Shown here in pieces: positions 59,801-64,000 of a DNA stretch of 64,000 bases. The position numbers and the translations under genes were made by a program. This DNA is from Raillietiella orientalis (lineage: Eukaryota), in the NCBI GenBank assembly GCA_036172245.1, contig JAYWIR010000011.1, positions 2,356,001 through 2,420,000 on the forward strand. The letters are read 5' to 3'. Under the pieces are notes generated by a model. The model did not search any database, was not told the origin of the DNA, and worked only from the letters and a program-made list of their open reading frames with translations. Each line of letters begins with the position of its first letter. Within the stretch, counting starts at the first letter, position 1.

Positions 59801-62800
59801 CGATTCGATCGCCGGGATCCGCTTCCCTCCTGCGCCACTTTGACGAAGGCTGGACGAAAGTTTGGAGTATCCACCGGGACTTGCGCCTGTGCGCTCCAGG
59901 CGGTCACCGGGAGCTCTCAAGCCGACGCAGAATCCTGTCCACTCCTTCCCGGCCAGCAAGGCAACAACAACGAAATCTCTCGATTCCTCGGAGTTCCCCG
60001 GCCCATTTCGGGAGCGCGCAAAGCCCCGCCCCCATTCTTTTGCACGAACTCCAACGTCCCTCCCAGGGTGCGATGGCTGCGCCCGCTGACGGCTAGGCGG
60101 CAGCATCTGGGAATCCTTGAAAAAAGTCTGAGTTTCCAGAATCGCGGCAGTGACCTCAGCTTTGATGGATACGAGGGTAAAGGGAAGCTCAGGAGGGGCG
60201 AGGGGCTTCCTCCTCGAAGGGCCAGCGGGAGACGCACTTGAAGGAGCGCGAGGGGGAAGGAGAGATGCGCACACGGTCCCGCCGAGCTTCCTGCCGCCTT
60301 CACAGAATTGCTCCGTGCCAGCCACTCGAGAGGGATCAACGGAATGAGTCTATCGACCTCCGGGGAGCGGACGAAGCCCGACCTGCCGCCGCCAGCCACG
60401 GTCTCCCAGAGGCACCTCTCGTTGAGGTCGCGCGCTTACGACCAGGATGTGCGAGAGCGACCCTTCTCTGTAGCACGGAGCGTCTCGTTTCCCACCTTGA
60501 ACTTCAGGACTTCCGAGAGGGATCCGCCGATTTGTAAGGTCAACAAAGCAATGTCAGGGGCATATCAGATAGTTTCCCGCTCACCTGCTGGTTTTCTACT
60601 GCCTGGGCCACCAAGCCAACCTTCGGCAGCTCTTCCATGCGAACGCACTCCCTCCTTCGTGCTCTCCGCTCCATCCGGCAGCTCCCTTCCCTCCCTCTCG
60701 CCTTTCCCCAGACAGCTCCAGACCCCAAGAGAACAAACTCCCTCCCCTTCCAATAGTTCATCCTCTGTCCTTCCCTTCCTTCCTTTCCCTCCCCCTCCCT
60801 CTCCCCTGATGTCATCCCCAAAGAGAAAACAAAGAGGAGGAATAATTTCTTGCCTGGAACCCGCAAGACATTTGCATGAAGGCCCTACGCGGGATGGAAC
60901 TTTCTCTCTTAGTGGTGTCAGGCTTCGAAGATTTTCCGGCTGAGGGATGCGGACTGACCTACAGAGGAGAGAACAGGGAGGGACGCCAGAAGAGACGAAT
61001 GACCAATGAGGATTGACCCGCGAGTAGTCTACCAGGGGAAGGAGGAGAGAACTCCACTGAAGAGACAGCACCGTCGAGAAACCCTCGTTCCACCTGTCCC
61101 GGTTGGATGCCCCGCGACTTGCTGAGGACGACCAGAACCACAGAGGTTGTCCTCCACCAGACCCCGTTCCGCTCCACCCACCACTCCTTGTCGGGCAGCG
61201 GGTGCTCCATGCCCTTCCTCTAAGGCTGCAGCAGGGAATTAGGGAAGGGGTGGAGCCAAGGGATAAGAGTAGGGTGGCTCTCGCAGCCCACAATGGGAGG
61301 GCGCCTCAGGCGACCCTGAAGATAACGCTGGGGTCGGTGTGACAACGCTCCGTTGCTCTCTAGACTCGTTCGACGTGTGTGCGCTGTGCATGGGCGCTCC
61401 ATCGGGATCAAGGGAGAGGATGGGTAGAGAGGGGGGGAGATCCTTCGGCTTCCTCCTCAGCAGAGTCCCGCTTCTTACAGGCCAGCACGTTACCGAGTTC
61501 GCTGCACGTCCAGGGTTCTGGGGACCTCCCATTCTGGTTGTGTGCGCCCCGCAAGAGGGAAGGCGGACCCCCTCTTCCCATCCTCCAGCTGACACTGGTC
61601 ACTAGGGATCCCCAAGGTCCGGCAGCCTTAATGGCCTCTTGGACAGCAGCGGCAACACGTTTGGTGCTTCTTCCTCCGCCACAAGAGGTGGTGGATCGGT
61701 GGCCTGGCAGCCCTGGAGGTGAGCTCGTGACACCTTCTTCTTCCTTTTTTCCCCTTCCCCCTAGCTCACGGCGTCTGCACGGCTGGACGCGGGAGGTAGT
61801 AGACGTGAGGCGCTCTCCCTCTCGGGCATTCTTCTTGGAGAGCTTCCCTCACCACACCCAGGAGGGCGTCGCATCCCAGGAGCGTAAGGACTCTCGCAGT
61901 GAATGCTTCCCGCATCCCCATTAGAGTCTCCGGTGCGCACCTGCAGCCCGCACCACCTCACCTTTTCTCCAAAGCATGCTCCTTTCTCCTACCCTCCCGA
62001 GCCGCAGCCTCGGCGCGTAGTGGTCACCCCTGAGGTCCCTCTCGAGAGGAGTGCCGTTCCTTCTGCCGGCTTCCCGGAAGCTGTTTCCCTCCTTCGTTCC
62101 GAACGACCACCCTCCAGGAGGCAGCAACAGCCCTTCGTAAGACGTCGCTGCCGATGAAAGACCTCTCACCTCGAGCCAGGGCTGTTCCAGGAGGGGCACG
62201 GGTGGCTGTTCCCAGAACTCCCTGAGCTTCCGTCAGGCTTGAAGATACCCTTCAGCGTCCGATCAGCCGAAGATCGAAGGTCTCTCTTACTGACCTTAGG
62301 ACCTGAGGGATGCGAGGCAGAAATGTGGCGGTCCCCGCTCCCGGGCATCCCTGAAAACGACTCTGGATGGGTATTGGGGAAGGTGGAGGGGCTGCTGTCT
62401 CTGCTGGGATCGTTGGGCTTTGGGGAATGCTTCCGGTATTCTTATCTCACCTGCTGCTTCTCTTCCTAGAGTTCCGAACGATTCACTTCTGGCGTTTCTG
62501 AGGTGCGGCCCTTCTCCTCTGGAAACGCTCCGCGGACCATGGCAACGGAGCACACCGCAGGTCAGGTCCCACCGGGCCTTGCAAGCGACCCTGGATTTCT
62601 GGACTGCGAGGTCCAGCGAGCGAATGCAAATCCCGTGGCTTCGGACACATCTCGCCAGAAGTGCGTCAGGATTTTCTGGAAGCTCTGTCAGCAGCTGGCT
62701 GGTTGAAGGACCTGAGCCCCGCAGACGTCGGTTCGGATCTCTCCCACTGCACCCTTCTGGGGTGCAAGTATTTCCCTTTCCCGCCCACTTTGGCTCTTCC

Positions 62801-62844
62801 TTCTCCATGGCCTACTTTCCGAAGTTGTTCGACGAGCGGAAGAA

Positions 62845-62904
62845 GCTGGTCTGGCGACGCTGAGCGTTTCCCGGCCAGGAAACGCTCAGCGTCGCCGGAC
62901 CAGC
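62845..62904. repeat. 27-bp inverted repeat with 6-nt loop (pre-miRNA-like hairpin)
   Basis: GCTGGTCTGGCGACGCTGAGCGTTTCC / GGAAACGCTCAGCGTCGCCGGACCAGC; the single mismatch is a U:G wobble on the + strand. Confidence 0.85.
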
Positions 62905-64000
62905 CCCCGCCTGTCAGCTGTTCGGGGACTGGGGATGCTTGCGGGAGCTGCACTGGTCTCTTCGGAAATAGGAGCAAACGGTGGCGCTCCCTGCCTACGG
63001 CGCGCCCTCAGCTCGGTGTCCAGGAATCGGGATCAGTAGGGGCGAACCGGGCTGCTCACCTGACTCGTTCATCCCTCTCTGGGTAGCGCTCAGGGGAACG
63101 GAGAGGGGACCTTCCGGAGGAAAATGGATGCTCCGGAATTGGCTGCCCTCTGGCAGGGAGGGTGCTCGGCTGCTGCAGGAGACATGGGAAACGACATTAG
63201 CGTCTCCTGGAACTTCGAAGTGGCCCCGGTTCGCTAGCCTAGCAGCCGGGGAAATCAATCACCATCTTCTTCTATCTACTCTACGCAGCATTGGCGCCGG
63301 CTGAGGAAGCCCAGAAGTTTCTAGGCGTGGCAATTTGCAAACGGGAAAGAAGAGTCTTCCGCTGTTACAGAGGTGTGTAATTGGAGCTGATAAGCGTGTT
63401 GAGAAGGCTGTCTTGTTTGTGTGAATTGATGAGGAGTCAGCATCACGCCCATCTGGGCCGCTTACTCGGTGGTCCTTGCATCTTCCTTTATGCCCGGCAT
63501 CTTTCTCAGGTTGTGAGCAGGTTAACGAGGAGGCGATCTTTTCGGTGAGCTACGATCACACATGCAGAAAGCACGTGTGATTGATGGTTTTCTATTAAGC
63601 CCAACGGTAGGAAAATTTTTCCATGGGTATGATCCAGTTTTTTGTTCTAACGTTATTAGCAGAAGAAGGCAGGAAACCGCCGAAACAAGAGTCCAAGAGA
63701 TCCGTGGACTCCAGGGGAACCCTCAACTTGGGCTATGGGTTCAAACCACACATCACAGGGTACTCCTTCTTCCTGAAGCTTTATGGATTCCAGACTCCTA
63801 ACCTCTTTTCCCAAGTATCGAACTGCGGGCATCTGCTTCCTAGAACACTCTTGAGCAGGTTTTTCCTGGGGCTCTCGCCGGTTGATCCCACCACAAGGAG
63901 TGTGTATCGGATGTGTTCTGCTCGCCCACGTGGCGTTCGTCTCCCTCCGTTGCCCTGCGAAGATTCACCTGGTTCTTCGCCAACGTGCTCGACTCGCATC

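Noticed and set aside
28599..63300. Many long ORFs (e.g. 32362-33828, 39647-41173, 42259-43437, 58176-59522)
   Set aside because: R/G/P/A-rich translations overlapping on all six frames, as expected from stop-codon scarcity at high GC. No domains. Only the ChaC exon parts are supported.
63660..64000. Open + strand frame running off the window end
   Set aside because: About 113 codons with no recognisable similarity; cannot be judged without downstream sequence

Overview
Eukaryotic genomic DNA, most likely from an invertebrate animal. It has spliceosomal GT-AG introns and no prokaryotic features. Two genes can be reconstructed exon by exon, both on the minus strand. (1) An hnRNP U / hnRNP U-like gene: SAP + acidic linker + SPRY + P-loop NTPase/kinase-like domain + low-complexity tail, 15 coding exons, 26086->13870, about 912 aa. 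(2) A ChaC-family glutathione-specific gamma-glutamylcyclotransferase: 3 coding exons including a 36-nt microexon, 41429->34158, about 250 aa. Unresolved candidate orphan genes lie at about 4.0-7.1 kb (+) and 27.5-28.2 kb. Base composition is a strong mosaic: an AT-rich, CpG-poor block over the 5' body of the hnRNP U gene, against a very GC/CpG-rich 28.6-63.3 kb region whose many ORFs are mostly spurious. Points of interest: a run of ultra-short (37-51 nt) introns; splice-acceptor-like sites just upstream of both start codons (possible SL trans-splicing); an RGG-less, Trp-rich hnRNP U tail; a C/EBP-ATF4 element upstream of ChaC; an RFX/YY1/NRF1 motif cluster; and many unrelated near-perfect inverted repeats, including a 27-bp pre-miRNA-like hairpin and a 28-bp-TIR MITE-like element. 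All of this was read by eye with no database search, so no previously undescribed system is demonstrated.
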